Below, piece by piece: positions 43,077 to 53,420 of a DNA stretch of 64,000 nt. The stretch spans positions 2,592,001 through 2,656,000 of the forward strand of contig OZ244587.1 in assembly GCA_965218095.1 (NCBI GenBank). The letters are read 5' to 3'. The first letter of the stretch is position 1. Each line of letters opens with the position of its first letter. The translations under genes were made by a program, and so were the position numbers. The notes under the pieces were generated by a model, which saw nothing but the letters and a program-made list of their open reading frames with translations, did no database searches and had not been told where the DNA came from. This stretch comes from Candidatus Poribacteria bacterium (lineage in GTDB: Bacteria; Poribacteria; WGA-4E; PCPOR2b).

Positions 43077-45701
43077 TTACGCATTAACACTGCCTTTCCC
43101 TCCGAGATTCCAGAAGCCAGAAATTATCGCCGTGATTGGGATAGTCAGTACGAGACCAAGTGTGCCAGCAAGTAAACGCACAATTTCCGCGGAGGCGATC
43201 CCGATGCTCAAAAGCTCCACTGTGGGCGATCGGAAGAGATCCAGATTCGGTGTTGCGACTGCCATGATGAACAGTAGCTCCACACCCAGATAAGCGAACA
43301 CAAGCGTATTCACCATCGTGCCGAGAATGTCAGTGCCGACGTTCATCCCGGACGCAATCAATCGCCAAGTAGGCATGTTCGGATTCGCTCGACGAATTTC
43401 TTCCATTGATGAAGCGACCTCAATGGCGCCGTCCACCGCCACGCCGAGCACCCCCATTAACATTCCCGCAAGCAGCACTTGGCGGAAGTCGAAAGGCGGT
43501 TCCCGCATTGCTTCGACGATGTCCGCTGAAATAGCATGTTCCAATCCGGAAAAATGCAGGTAGTTTTGCGCGAACATGACAATCAGTCCAGCGACAAGGA
43601 TGCCTCCCATTGTGCCTAACACGGCTGAAAAGGTTTTCCGGCTGGGTCCAATCACAAACACGAGGGATACAAATGCAATCATACCAGAGGTGACGGTGAC
43701 GATCGCCACAGCATTATTCCCTTGTGAAATCAGAGGCAGCATGAAGAAATAGATAATCATCCCTGAGCCAATCATCGCGCAAGCGGTGCGCACACCTTCG
43801 TTTCGGCCCACAATGATGATCAGCATCAACATCAATCCAGCCATCCATATCAGGAATCGGTCCCGCCCATACTCCTGCACAATATTGACAAGGCTGATCT
43901 GATTCTCTGTCCCACCCATACGGCAGACAACAATATCTCCCGGCTCGGCAGGGATACTCAGCAGACTTATTTTGTAGTTGAGTATGTTTCGCAGGATAAT
44001 CCGCTGCCCTTTATAGAGCCCTGATAGCATTTCGATTTCAAGGATCTGATGTTCCGTCGTCGCGTGGTAAATGTTGAGTCCATCCCCATCTTTTCCGACA
44101 GAATACGCGACCTCTTCATCTTTATCAGTGATCAGCCACTTCTTGTCTTTCCACTTTTTAATCGAAACAGTGAGATTTGGCGATAATGATATTCCATGAT
44201 TTTCAAACGCATGTCGTAAATCTTCGGAGATAACCCGATTGTCCAGATCGCTTGTGTACTTCGATTCAACGCTAAACAAGAACCCGGCGTTTGATTCGAG
44301 GAGCTGAATGACCCTGCCTTTTGCATACTCAGATTTGGAAATGAGTTCTCCGTTTTGATCATGATGCTCGATAATCGTCGCTGATGTCCGGTTGATTCGA
44401 TCGTGAAGGAAATACGTTCCCACGAGGACAACTGCCAACGCAAGCGGCACCGCCAAACGCGCTTTGCTCCTCGGATCGTCAGTGCGAAAGAGTTCTTCCA
44501 GTTCTTCTTCCGAGGGCAAGTCTTCATCAATTGCTGATGGATCTATTTTCCGATACCGGGTCAGTATGCCTGCGATGACTGCTGCAATTGGAACAGTCAA
44601 GACGAGCCCAATCGTTCCAACGATAGCTTGTATGATAACGACCGCCGTGGTTTCATCATTCGCCAGTCGCAGGAAAGGGTACAGGACTCCGACTTCTGGA
44701 AAATGGAGGCGTGGGAGCAACATCGTGATCATGTGCGCACCGAGATAGGCGAAGATAAGCGTGTCCGCCATTGTTCCCATGATGTCTCGTCCCACATTCA
44801 GCCCAGCCCGGATGGCTTGCCGCACCGTGACATTCGGATTGACCTGCTTGACCTCATAAACGGATGAGGAGATGGACATACCCACATCCATCATCGCGCC
44901 AACGGCACCGAGGATCATGCCTGCCGCAAGTAACCCCGTGAAATTCCAATCGTGCGAACCTTCTGTTCGCCACAGGGCGGCGCCAAGTTCGAGAAAGCCG
45001 AATTCTTGAGCCAATCCGGTCAGAATCATCGCTTTCTGGCTGATAACAGAAAGAATCCCAACGGCCGCCAATCCACCGAACGTCCCCAACACGCCGGAAA
45101 TCACCTTAAAGGTGAACCCAGTAATCAGAACAAAAGTCGCGAGGGTCAGCAAAGCAGCAACGAACAAGGCGACGGCAATCGGATTGAAGCCCTTGAGCGT
45201 TAAGGGGACCAGGACGTAGAGAATAACAAAAGCCGTGACAAACAGCGTCAGGATTGCGCGTACTCCTTTCATGCCAGCAACCAGAATCATCAAGCTTGCC
45301 AACACCCCTGCAAGGTAGAGGAGAAAAGGGGTTCGGAAATATTCGAGCATTCGCACATTGTCACGCACATCGTCAATTGTCGTTCGATCCCCGCGTCTAA
45401 GGGGAATTTCAAGGAAAAGCACATCCCGCTTTCGTATAACCCGATCACCGAATGACCTGCCCACCCAGATGTTGTTGACCTGAACGGTCTCCCTGCGAAA
45501 CTGCCCAGAGATGATTCGGAAGGTCACAATCTGATCAACCGCTTCGCTTGTATCCAGTTTTATTGCTCGCCCAAGGCAGACCAACGTCCGCAGTTCACCC
45601 TGGTGTACGATTTCAGCAAACCGAAACAGTTTAACGTGTAAGAAAAAGACGATGACGAGAATCGCCAAAACGCCGAAGATTTTCAGATTTCTTTCATTCA
45701 T
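43077..45701 (-). CDS. Tandem double YibE/F membrane protein
   Basis: Two copies of the GAVGAMMDV/GVLGVAVDG..SI..E..GxNVGxDIxGTMxxTLxFAY signature. Confidence 0.88.
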   Translation of the reverse strand: MNERNLKIFGVLAILVIVFFLHVKLFRFAEIVHQGELRTLVCLGRAIKLDTSEAVDQIVTFRIISGQFRRETVQVNNIWVGRSFGDRVIRKRDVLFLEIPLRRGDRTTIDDVRDNVRMLEYFRTPFLLYLAGVLASLMILVAGMKGVRAILTLFVTAFVILYVLVPLTLKGFNPIAVALFVAALLTLATFVLITGFTFKVISGVLGTFGGLAAVGILSVISQKAMILTGLAQEFGFLELGAALWRTEGSHDWNFTGLLAAGMILGAVGAMMDVGMSISSSVYEVKQVNPNVTVRQAIRAGLNVGRDIMGTMADTLIFAYLGAHMITMLLPRLHFPEVGVLYPFLRLANDETTAVVIIQAIVGTIGLVLTVPIAAVIAGILTRYRKIDPSAIDEDLPSEEELEELFRTDDPRSKARLAVPLALAVVLVGTYFLHDRINRTSATIIEHHDQNGELISKSEYAKGRVIQLLESNAGFLFSVESKYTSDLDNRVISEDLRHAFENHGISLSPNLTVSIKKWKDKKWLITDKDEEVAYSVGKDGDGLNIYHATTEHQILEIEMLSGLYKGQRIILRNILNYKISLLSIPAEPGDIVVCRMGGTENQISLVNIVQEYGRDRFLIWMAGLMLMLIIIVGRNEGVRTACAMIGSGMIIYFFMLPLISQGNNAVAIVTVTSGMIAFVSLVFVIGPSRKTFSAVLGTMGGILVAGLIVMFAQNYLHFSGLEHAISADIVEAMREPPFDFRQVLLAGMLMGVLGVAVDGAIEVASSMEEIRRANPNMPTWRLIASGMNVGTDILGTMVNTLVFAYLGVELLFIMAVATPNLDLFRSPTVELLSIGIASAEIVRLLAGTLGLVLTIPITAIISGFWNLGGKGSVNA

Positions 45702-45875
45702 TCAGCTTACCTTCCTTTTCTATGGTGGAATGAAACCCAGGCTGCACGGCTTGGGACACTTCGGTTGCACACTTCGGTGCGGAAATATAAGACGTAACGA
45801 GTCAAACGTGACATTGATTGTTGATTGACGAACAATCCTCATATAAGCGCAATTTTTGTACCTTCCAATACACTG

Positions 45876-47702
45876 TTACGCTTTACCCGCCCGTCCGCTC
45901 AAATGTTTGTGGATACTTGCCGCGACACCATGTGGAATCCCTTTAACGGCAAGGAGTTCATTGAGGGTGGCTTGGCGGATCTTTTCAACGGATGCGAAAT
46001 GCTGGAGTAACGCCTGTTTCCGTTTGGTACCGATGTTGGGAATCTCATCGAGGATTGAGTGGGTGAGTTCTCGACTCCGCAACTTGCGATGGTAGGTGAC
46101 GGCAAATCGATGGGCTTCGTCGCGCAGCCGCTGGATGAGGTGAAGGGTCGGATTATCGTGTCGGAGTATTATCGGATCAGATCGGTTAGGGAGGAAGATA
46201 TGCTCGAATCGCTTAGCAAGCCCGATAATCGGCAGATGGCTCAAATCAAGCGAGCCCAACACTTCGCAGGCGGCATTCAGTTGTCCTTTGCCCCCATCGA
46301 TCAGGATGAGGTCTGGGAAGCAATTCTCCTCAATAGCGCGGCGGAATCGACGAGTGACCACCTCTTGCATCATGGCAAAATCGTTTTGACCTTCGACGGT
46401 GCGAATCTTGAAGCGTCGACACTCAGATTTCGCGGGTTTGCCATCTTCCACCACAACCATTGATGCTACAGGAAATCGATCGCCGAGGTTGGAGATGTCA
46501 AAGCCTTCAATCCGCTGCGGTGGGTGAGGCAGGTTCAACAACTCCTGTAACTCAATCAGTGCCGGATTGTTCCCCACTTTGAGGACGACGTGCTGTTCCT
46601 TCCGTTCGAGGAGAATGCCCGCATTTTTCGCTGCCATCGCCACCAACTGGCGTTTGCGCCCTCTTTGCGGAATATGCAGCGTCACCTGACTGCCACGTTT
46701 TTCAGAAAGCCAACTCTGGATGGCTTCAGGCATGTCGATTTCGTCGGGCAGCAGGATAGTTTTGGGAATGAATGACGTATCTTGATAGTATTGTTGGAGG
46801 AAGGCGGTCAACGCTTCGATCGTCGATTCTGAATGAACATCATTCAAAAAGTAGTGTTCGCGCTCGATTAGCTTCCCGTCACGTACCATCAGCACTTGCA
46901 CGCATGCTTCATCACCTTTGTGCGCCACGCCGATTACGTCCTCATCTTCCGCCGAAGGGTTATCGAGATTCTGTTTGGTGATTGCCTGCTTGACAGTTTC
47001 GATTTGATCGCGGTATTTCGCGGCGCTTTCAAAGTCGAGTTCCTTGGCTGCTGCCTGCATCTTTGTTGTGAGGTCTTGAATGACCGCTGTGATGTCACCA
47101 CTGAGAAATCGACGGACGTTCTTCACAATCTGTTCGTAATCATCGACGCTGATCAGATTCGCGCAAGGTCCGGGACAGCGTTGAATGTGATAATCTAGGC
47201 AGACACGATGCGGGTTGCCCGATGCCTTCAGATCCAGATTACAGGTGCGGATGGGGAACACCTTCGTGAGTTGCTTGATTGTCTGGCGGGTCGCACGGGT
47301 ATGCACAAAGGGACCGAAATACCTTGCGCCATCACTCTCCTTCCGACGGGTGATGTAAAGCCCCGGAAAGGGTTCGTTGATTGTCACCTTCAAGTAGGGA
47401 TAACGTTTATCGTCCTTGAGCTTGATGTTGTAGCGAGGTTGGTGCTGCTTGATCAGGTTATTTTCAAGGATGAGCGCCTCGACGTTGCTCGCAGTGAGGA
47501 TATAGTCAAGGTCGTGGACATAGCGCAGCATCGGCTTGGTCAGGGCATGCGGGGTGGCCGTGTCTTGAAAATAGGATCTGACTCGTTGCCGCAAGGAAGC
47601 TGCCTTGCCGACGTACAAAATCTTCCCATCGGCATCCTTCATCAAGTAGACACCGGGGCTGGGAGGGAGGTTTGCCAGCTTGTTTTTGATTTGCTGGTTC
47701 AT
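45876..47702 (-). CDS. uvrC: Excinuclease ABC subunit C
   Basis: PGVYLM, YVGKA, PRYNI, IEGFDIS, LIDGGKGQ, RDEAHRFA, HhH tail. Confidence 0.97.
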   Translation of the reverse strand: MNQQIKNKLANLPPSPGVYLMKDADGKILYVGKAASLRQRVRSYFQDTATPHALTKPMLRYVHDLDYILTASNVEALILENNLIKQHQPRYNIKLKDDKRYPYLKVTINEPFPGLYITRRKESDGARYFGPFVHTRATRQTIKQLTKVFPIRTCNLDLKASGNPHRVCLDYHIQRCPGPCANLISVDDYEQIVKNVRRFLSGDITAVIQDLTTKMQAAAKELDFESAAKYRDQIETVKQAITKQNLDNPSAEDEDVIGVAHKGDEACVQVLMVRDGKLIEREHYFLNDVHSESTIEALTAFLQQYYQDTSFIPKTILLPDEIDMPEAIQSWLSEKRGSQVTLHIPQRGRKRQLVAMAAKNAGILLERKEQHVVLKVGNNPALIELQELLNLPHPPQRIEGFDISNLGDRFPVASMVVVEDGKPAKSECRRFKIRTVEGQNDFAMMQEVVTRRFRRAIEENCFPDLILIDGGKGQLNAACEVLGSLDLSHLPIIGLAKRFEHIFLPNRSDPIILRHDNPTLHLIQRLRDEAHRFAVTYHRKLRSRELTHSILDEIPNIGTKRKQALLQHFASVEKIRQATLNELLAVKGIPHGVAASIHKHLSGRAGKA

Positions 47703-48256
47703 CGTCGTGCCCTCTGACTAATTGTGCGCAAATATACTGCGAAAGGGCATAAATGACGCTTTTATATCTTGAATCCTGAATTTTGCATCTTCGATGGATA
47801 CCAGATTCAAGATGCAGGATACAGGATGCCGGTGATGTAAATCATAACCTGTTGCGGTATACTATTCATTGCTCCTATTTGCAGCAGACAAAAAACAGGA
47901 AGAAGTGCTGCAAACCTTCGTCGATGCAGCGAAATCGAGTTTATTAGAATCGCTGTCAGGCTTTATCCCGAAACAATGAGGAGGATGTATATCATGAAAG
48001 GCACTCACCCCACAATCTAAGAAAGTGTCAATGAGTTAATAGATTAGTTTGGCTTGGATGTCTTTGCTGAAGCCTATCTCAGATCCCACTCACCAGAAAC
48101 ATGGCTGGAGCCGCTCTTGGCTTAGATGGACAAAAACGAGGTCTGCCAACTCCTTCAAAGGAAGTTAGCAGAGTTGGAGGAGGGAAAGGATGGCGACCAT
48201 GTCGAAAGGTGATTCGTGCAAGCAGCGTTTTCTCACTTCCAAAAGCGGGCAAGGCT

Positions 48257-48560
48257 TCAGTCCAAAGTAACTTCCCTCCCTGCCCGGAACGATCTCTCTG
48301 CAGCAAGTACCAACCGAGCAATATTACGAGCGTGTTCCAATGTGACCGGATATTCCGAATCGTTCTTCACAGTATCCACGAACGTCGTCAATTGCCGTGT
48401 GAAAGCATCACCAGAACCATCAATAGGGACGGGTTCGTATTTTTCACCTTTGGAAAATCATAGAAACGGCTTGCTACCATTGCTTTGACCGAAACGCCGG
48501 GACTCTCAATCAACCATCAGGTACATTGCGTACAGGTGCACGTCCTCGGGACGGATGCCT
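48257..48560 (-). pseudogene. C-terminal remnant of a Gfo/Idh/MocA oxidoreductase
   Basis: AFTRQLTTFVDTV..PVTLEHA..AAERSFRAGREV*, not in the ORF list. Confidence 0.5.
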
Positions 48561-48609
48561 CTGAACGTGACCTGGACCGAATCGGTCCCTTATAAAACGA
48601 AGGGCGGAG

Positions 48610-49083
48610 TTACTGCATATCTCGAATTGTCGTCGCCAAACGGACGCGTTGTGCCAACAGTTGAAGTCTTGCTTCTGCTACATCAAGATCCGTTGCGACT
48701 TCTGCTTCGACCTTTGACTTAATCCACTGGAGTTGCCGCTCGCGTATGGCTTCGATGTTGTGAAACTCCTTGATCGCAACATCAGGTTGATGTTTCGCTA
48801 CTGCGAGTTGAAGGCGTGCTTCAGATAGCTTGAGTTGCGCCTCTCCTACCTCTAGCGACGTAATAAGTCCACGGTGCTCTTTAGCTTGTGCAAACGAAAG
48901 TGCTTGTTCACGTAGCGCGACACTCTCCTGAAGTGCTTGAATAATCTCTTGTTGCATCTGGGCCTTAAGCCCAACGACTTGAGCGGGAGTTGAGCGCGAA
49001 TAGACGCTCAAGATAACGACAGCGCAAGCAATGAGGGCGAAAACGCTAAAGACTATAAAGATATGGCGGGAATACATAATCAT
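48610..49083 (-). CDS. Hypothetical exported helical protein
   Basis: N-terminal TM/signal; two TolC-like repeats (TSLEVGEAQL, TDLDVAEARL). Confidence 0.6.
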   Translation of the reverse strand: MIMYSRHIFIVFSVFALIACAVVILSVYSRSTPAQVVGLKAQMQQEIIQALQESVALREQALSFAQAKEHRGLITSLEVGEAQLKLSEARLQLAVAKHQPDVAIKEFHNIEAIRERQLQWIKSKVEAEVATDLDVAEARLQLLAQRVRLATTIRDMQ

Positions 49084-49245
49084 TCCTCCGATTTCAATCT
49101 AACGACTCGATTCTGCCTCGAAACGATGCTGAGATCGGCGTCAGTTCAACCTTCAGAACACCTAATCAGCCCAACGACAGCAATTCTTCTCTTTACCACT
49201 TCAGAACAAGCATAAGGCCCAAATCGTATAACCATTAGACTTTAA

Positions 49246-52203
49246 TTAGAAAGTTTGGGTCAAGCGCACCAACGACAAACGACCAATTTCCGGGGCACCA
49301 ATAAATGGCTGATACATATTATTCAGCAGATTCTGGACTGTCAACGACAGGCGAGGTCTTGGACCGAATGGCAAGTCGTAGCCCGCGTTTAAGTCAATCG
49401 TATAATACGATGCGACGTCATCGACGTAAACCCCCGAATTCACAGGGAAGCCAGCCACAAAATTCACCCGGGCACCTGCCGCCAATCCTAGATTGGTGTT
49501 GTGGTATTGAACGTTTGCCCCGAACTTATTCTTAGGCGCGTTCAGGGCGATGTCCCTGAGATCGTTCTCGAATAAGTCCTTGCTGACGAACGAGTAATTC
49601 CCGCCGAAACTCAAACTCGGATTGAGATAATAGGTCAAGCTGCAATCCAACCCGTTGAGCGAGATGTCCCCGTAGTTGCGATAGGTCAACATAACCGCGT
49701 TTGGATGATCTACCTCCTGTTTAGGAGTCACTGTACCAACAACGGACAACAACTGTACCAACTCATCAACAGGCGAACCATTATCGTTACCGCCCCGATC
49801 AGGATTGTCAAACGCAAGCAATGCCTGATTGAGTGTAGCATTTTTGGGATCGCTCAACGCCGCGCCGAGTTGCTTTCCAAGAGAAGCACTTGTTGCAGGG
49901 TTTAAGACCACAATTGGGGTCTCAACCACCAAGGGACCGATGAAATCGTTAATTCTTGTGTGATAGACATCGGCGGAAAAAGCCAACTTGTTCATGAGAA
50001 TCCCTTTGTAACCGAATTCATACGTCTGTGTTATCGTTGGCTTCAGCGGGTCAACGTCTTTTACACCCTCAATCTCCTCAAGTTTCCTTGTCTCCGGATT
50101 AAGAATGCGTAAGACATTATTTGTCCCATCAACCTGCTCTGGAATGATGCTAGCAAGTCCATTGGAGAAGTTTTCTACCATAAATGCTGCAAGACCTTCC
50201 ACCACCTCCGGTGGCAATGCTTGAAGTACCTTTGGTACTATCTGCTGAAGTTGTTCGGGTGGCAGGGCCGCAATCGCACCCGGTTGCAGCAATGGGGTTA
50301 GCTCCGGCGGCAGTCCTTGAAGGGCTTGCGGCGGAAGTGTTGAAAATGCTTGTGTTGCCAGTCCTTCAATTGTTTCCGGGGGCAACGCTGCAATGGTCCC
50401 TGGCAGTGCTTCAGGAGTTGTCTTTTCCTTCAGGCCCGCTTTAAAAATGCCAATGACCGTCTGTCGTGTACCGCCCCATAGACCCCTGGTAGAATCGGCA
50501 TCATCAAGGTTAATGTAATCTTGGGGTGATGGCGAGAAAGGTGAACGAAACTGCGGTAATCCACCTTCACCTCTTTCGAAGGTGAATCCTGTTTCGGCAG
50601 GAACACCCTGCGCCCGTACATCAATACCCAACCCAAAGGGGTTCTTTTCTCCTAGCCTGTCTAGGAATAGGTTGGAAGTTCCCGGGGTGCTGAAAGCGCG
50701 ATTAAAGGTGAGCCTCAAGTTATGGTCGTCGTTTGGCTGGAAGGCAAGCGCGGCACGCGGTGAAAAGACCAGATCGCTGAGGTGATTGTGGTCATCAACC
50801 CGTCCAGCAAGAATGAGCTTTATCTCTGGCAGGATTTTGGTCTCGGATTGCAAATACGCACCGACCTCGTTGATGTTGTCCTTATCCTCATAGCGGCCAT
50901 TGATTGACCCTTCGGTATCGGGGCGGGTCAGCAACAGATCTACACCGTAAGTAAAGCGTTGACGCTCTCCAAGGCTGTAACCGTGCTGAATCTGCCCGAC
51001 GTACAGATCGGAATTGTCAATGATTGGGTCATTGGGCCGCAGGAGGTAGGTATCCCCAGCATCGCTACGGTTCCAAAAGACTTGTGCAAAGAGGTCTTTG
51101 TAAATGAACCGGCCTTGGGCGTAACCGTAAGTCCAGTTTTTGACTTGACCGGCTCCGAGACCAGTCAGTTCAATCCCGGTGAATTGTGTGAAACCACTGG
51201 CAAGAATCGTCGTCAGATCATCGCTGGGACGATAATCCACGCGAAATTCGCTGCTGGCTTTGTACGTATCAAAGTCCGGTTCACCTTCGCCTTCTTCGAC
51301 ATCTTCTTTCGATCGCCCCTCTTCCCAATCATTCCCCTGAAAATAATTCCCTGAAAGCTTATAGCCGATCGTCTCATTGATAACGCCTGCATGTCGAAGC
51401 GAACCCATGAGTACACTCCGCTCACCGCCGCCAAGGCTGACGGTCGTCCCTTGGGAGGTGAACGGTGACCGGGTGAGGATGTGCATGACACCGTTGGCAC
51501 TGTTTGGACCGTATAGCGCCGCACCAGGGCCTGAGACGATTTCAATCTGTTCAATATCTTCGTTTGTGGTCGGGATGAGGCTGTAGGAGTTGACACGCAG
51601 AGAGGGAACACGAGCAATGCGATTGTCAACGAGCGACAGAAGTGAGCCCGAAAAAACGTTGTTGAAGCCACGAACGACAACATGCGATGAGCTCAGCCCA
51701 GTATTCACAACGTCCACCCCTCGCACCGATTTCAAGTGCTCGGTAACACTCGGTGCAACACGGTCTCTGATTTGCGAAGCACTAACAAGGGCGACCGATG
51801 CCGGGGCTTCAAGCACCTTTTCCCGACGGCGCGATGCCGTAACGGAAACCTGTTCAAGTTGAATAATTTCTGAGGAGAGCGCAATTTCTACCGATTTGGT
51901 TTCGTCGGCGACAAGTTCAACGTTTGCCATAACCCTATCGGCATAACCGGGGGAGGATGCAGTAATCGTGTAAACGCCGGCAGGCAAATCTGCGATTTCA
52001 AACGCGCCGATTGCGTCGCTAACGCCTTCGGTGGAGGCGCCGGTTTGGGGCGTGACAGTAATGGAAATACCGTTCAGTTTATCGCCGGTTTGGGCATCTG
52101 TCACCATGCCGTTCAAGGTGGCGGCTTGCACCGACACCGAAGGGACAGCCAAAACAGCGAGTAGGACCAATAACAAGACACTGTGTAGGTTCAATTGTTT
52201 CAT
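49246..52203 (-). CDS. TonB-dependent receptor with N-terminal carboxypeptidase-regulatory-like domain
   Basis: Signal peptide, VSVTASRR, IEIVSGPGAALYG, VQNLLN, terminal F. Confidence 0.93.
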   Translation of the reverse strand: MKQLNLHSVLLLVLLAVLAVPSVSVQAATLNGMVTDAQTGDKLNGISITVTPQTGASTEGVSDAIGAFEIADLPAGVYTITASSPGYADRVMANVELVADETKSVEIALSSEIIQLEQVSVTASRRREKVLEAPASVALVSASQIRDRVAPSVTEHLKSVRGVDVVNTGLSSSHVVVRGFNNVFSGSLLSLVDNRIARVPSLRVNSYSLIPTTNEDIEQIEIVSGPGAALYGPNSANGVMHILTRSPFTSQGTTVSLGGGERSVLMGSLRHAGVINETIGYKLSGNYFQGNDWEEGRSKEDVEEGEGEPDFDTYKASSEFRVDYRPSDDLTTILASGFTQFTGIELTGLGAGQVKNWTYGYAQGRFIYKDLFAQVFWNRSDAGDTYLLRPNDPIIDNSDLYVGQIQHGYSLGERQRFTYGVDLLLTRPDTEGSINGRYEDKDNINEVGAYLQSETKILPEIKLILAGRVDDHNHLSDLVFSPRAALAFQPNDDHNLRLTFNRAFSTPGTSNLFLDRLGEKNPFGLGIDVRAQGVPAETGFTFERGEGGLPQFRSPFSPSPQDYINLDDADSTRGLWGGTRQTVIGIFKAGLKEKTTPEALPGTIAALPPETIEGLATQAFSTLPPQALQGLPPELTPLLQPGAIAALPPEQLQQIVPKVLQALPPEVVEGLAAFMVENFSNGLASIIPEQVDGTNNVLRILNPETRKLEEIEGVKDVDPLKPTITQTYEFGYKGILMNKLAFSADVYHTRINDFIGPLVVETPIVVLNPATSASLGKQLGAALSDPKNATLNQALLAFDNPDRGGNDNGSPVDELVQLLSVVGTVTPKQEVDHPNAVMLTYRNYGDISLNGLDCSLTYYLNPSLSFGGNYSFVSKDLFENDLRDIALNAPKNKFGANVQYHNTNLGLAAGARVNFVAGFPVNSGVYVDDVASYYTIDLNAGYDLPFGPRPRLSLTVQNLLNNMYQPFIGAPEIGRLSLVRLTQTF

Positions 52204-52264
52204 TATATTATCTCCTTTATTGAAGAAATGTTGTGGTTGGTTGCCGCTCTGATAAACGGCGTCT

Positions 52265-52314
52265 CAGAAACCATGTTGTTCGGATAGTCTCTCAATCAAA
52301 AATTCGATTTCTCT
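52265..52314. repeat. AGAAACCGAG..CTCGGTTTCT palindromic repeat family, degenerate copy
   Basis: Near-identical to 55334-55383; related to 55711-55808 and 60868-60900. Confidence 0.7.
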
Positions 52315-52430
52315 GGGATAATTAAAGCTTACGCTTGCAGGGCAGAACGGTTTCGACTGAATCGCATTGTTCCGTATGTAGCACCATTTGGATTGCTTGC
52401 TATAATTATACCACCCGATCAATCTCATTT

Positions 52431-53303
52431 TCAAGGGCAGAAACGTCCGGGGCGGTGCGTTTGGCGGCGAGGATTTGTCAGTTTGTCACCATTCATGCCT
52501 GCGATGGCGTCAGCATCGCGGCGATGTCTTTTGGCAAACTCACGCCAATTTTCTTGATGACGCGCAAGCGCAGAGCAATACCGTTTTTCAGCAACGGCAT
52601 CCACGAAAATCTCCTGCACCTCATCCGTCTCTGAATTGACGAGTCGGATGTTGCCGCGTTCCATCGGATTCACGTCCACCTCCGCCAAGACCTGCACGAC
52701 AATGACAGCCGTCGCCCGTTCGGCAAAGTGGGACAACGTCGCCAACGCATCCCCGGGCCAGATCAAGTCACTGAGCAACACACGCAACCCAAAGGGACGC
52801 CATGACCGGGGCCGTCTGGTAAATGATGCCGATAGGTTTCCACGATAGTCAAAATCAATTCCTTCCCAGATTGATGGTCGGTCTGTGCCGTTGCCCGCCT
52901 GCCGATACCCATCTCCCGCAGCCCAGGCGGAGTGGGAGTAGCCGACATTTGATGCCGCAGTCGCAAAGACCGCCGCTAACCTGAGCGTCGCTTACGCCTT
53001 GGGGCTGTTTTCAAGTGCCATAGAGCACGAGCCGTCGATGACGACATCTAGGTGCGAGCTGACTTCGTCCTGATACAACTTGACGGTTAATTTATCGCTC
53101 CGTGCGAAGCCGCTCCAGTTGATTCGCCGCAGGTCGTCGCCCGGCTGGTATTCGCGGTGGTCGATAAATTCCAGCGAACTTCCCGGACGCTTCCCCATCT
53201 GATTCCCGGCGACCCCGAAGGGGACATTGCGTGGAGCGGTCAAGGCATACCGGGTGCCCGCACGTTCACCGTCTATGAGATATTGGCGGTAGGTTTCGTT
53301 CAT
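52431..53303 (-). pseudogene. DUF58 (MoxR-associated) protein, fragmented
   Basis: GSSLEFIDHREYQPGDDLRRINW, DGSCSM, LLSDL; stops and frameshifts. Confidence 0.85.
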
Positions 53304-53420
53304 GAGGTGTGTTGCGTGTGACGCTGTTAAATTCGTCCTGTTAGCTTTTTATGTACGGGTCAGTAGTAGACGCGCCGAGGCGCGATAAATTGCGCGACGA
53401 CAGACTGAAGTGCGTCAGTC

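Noticed and set aside
48610-49083. TolC outer-membrane channel
   Set aside because: 157 aa is far too short and lacks barrel strands.
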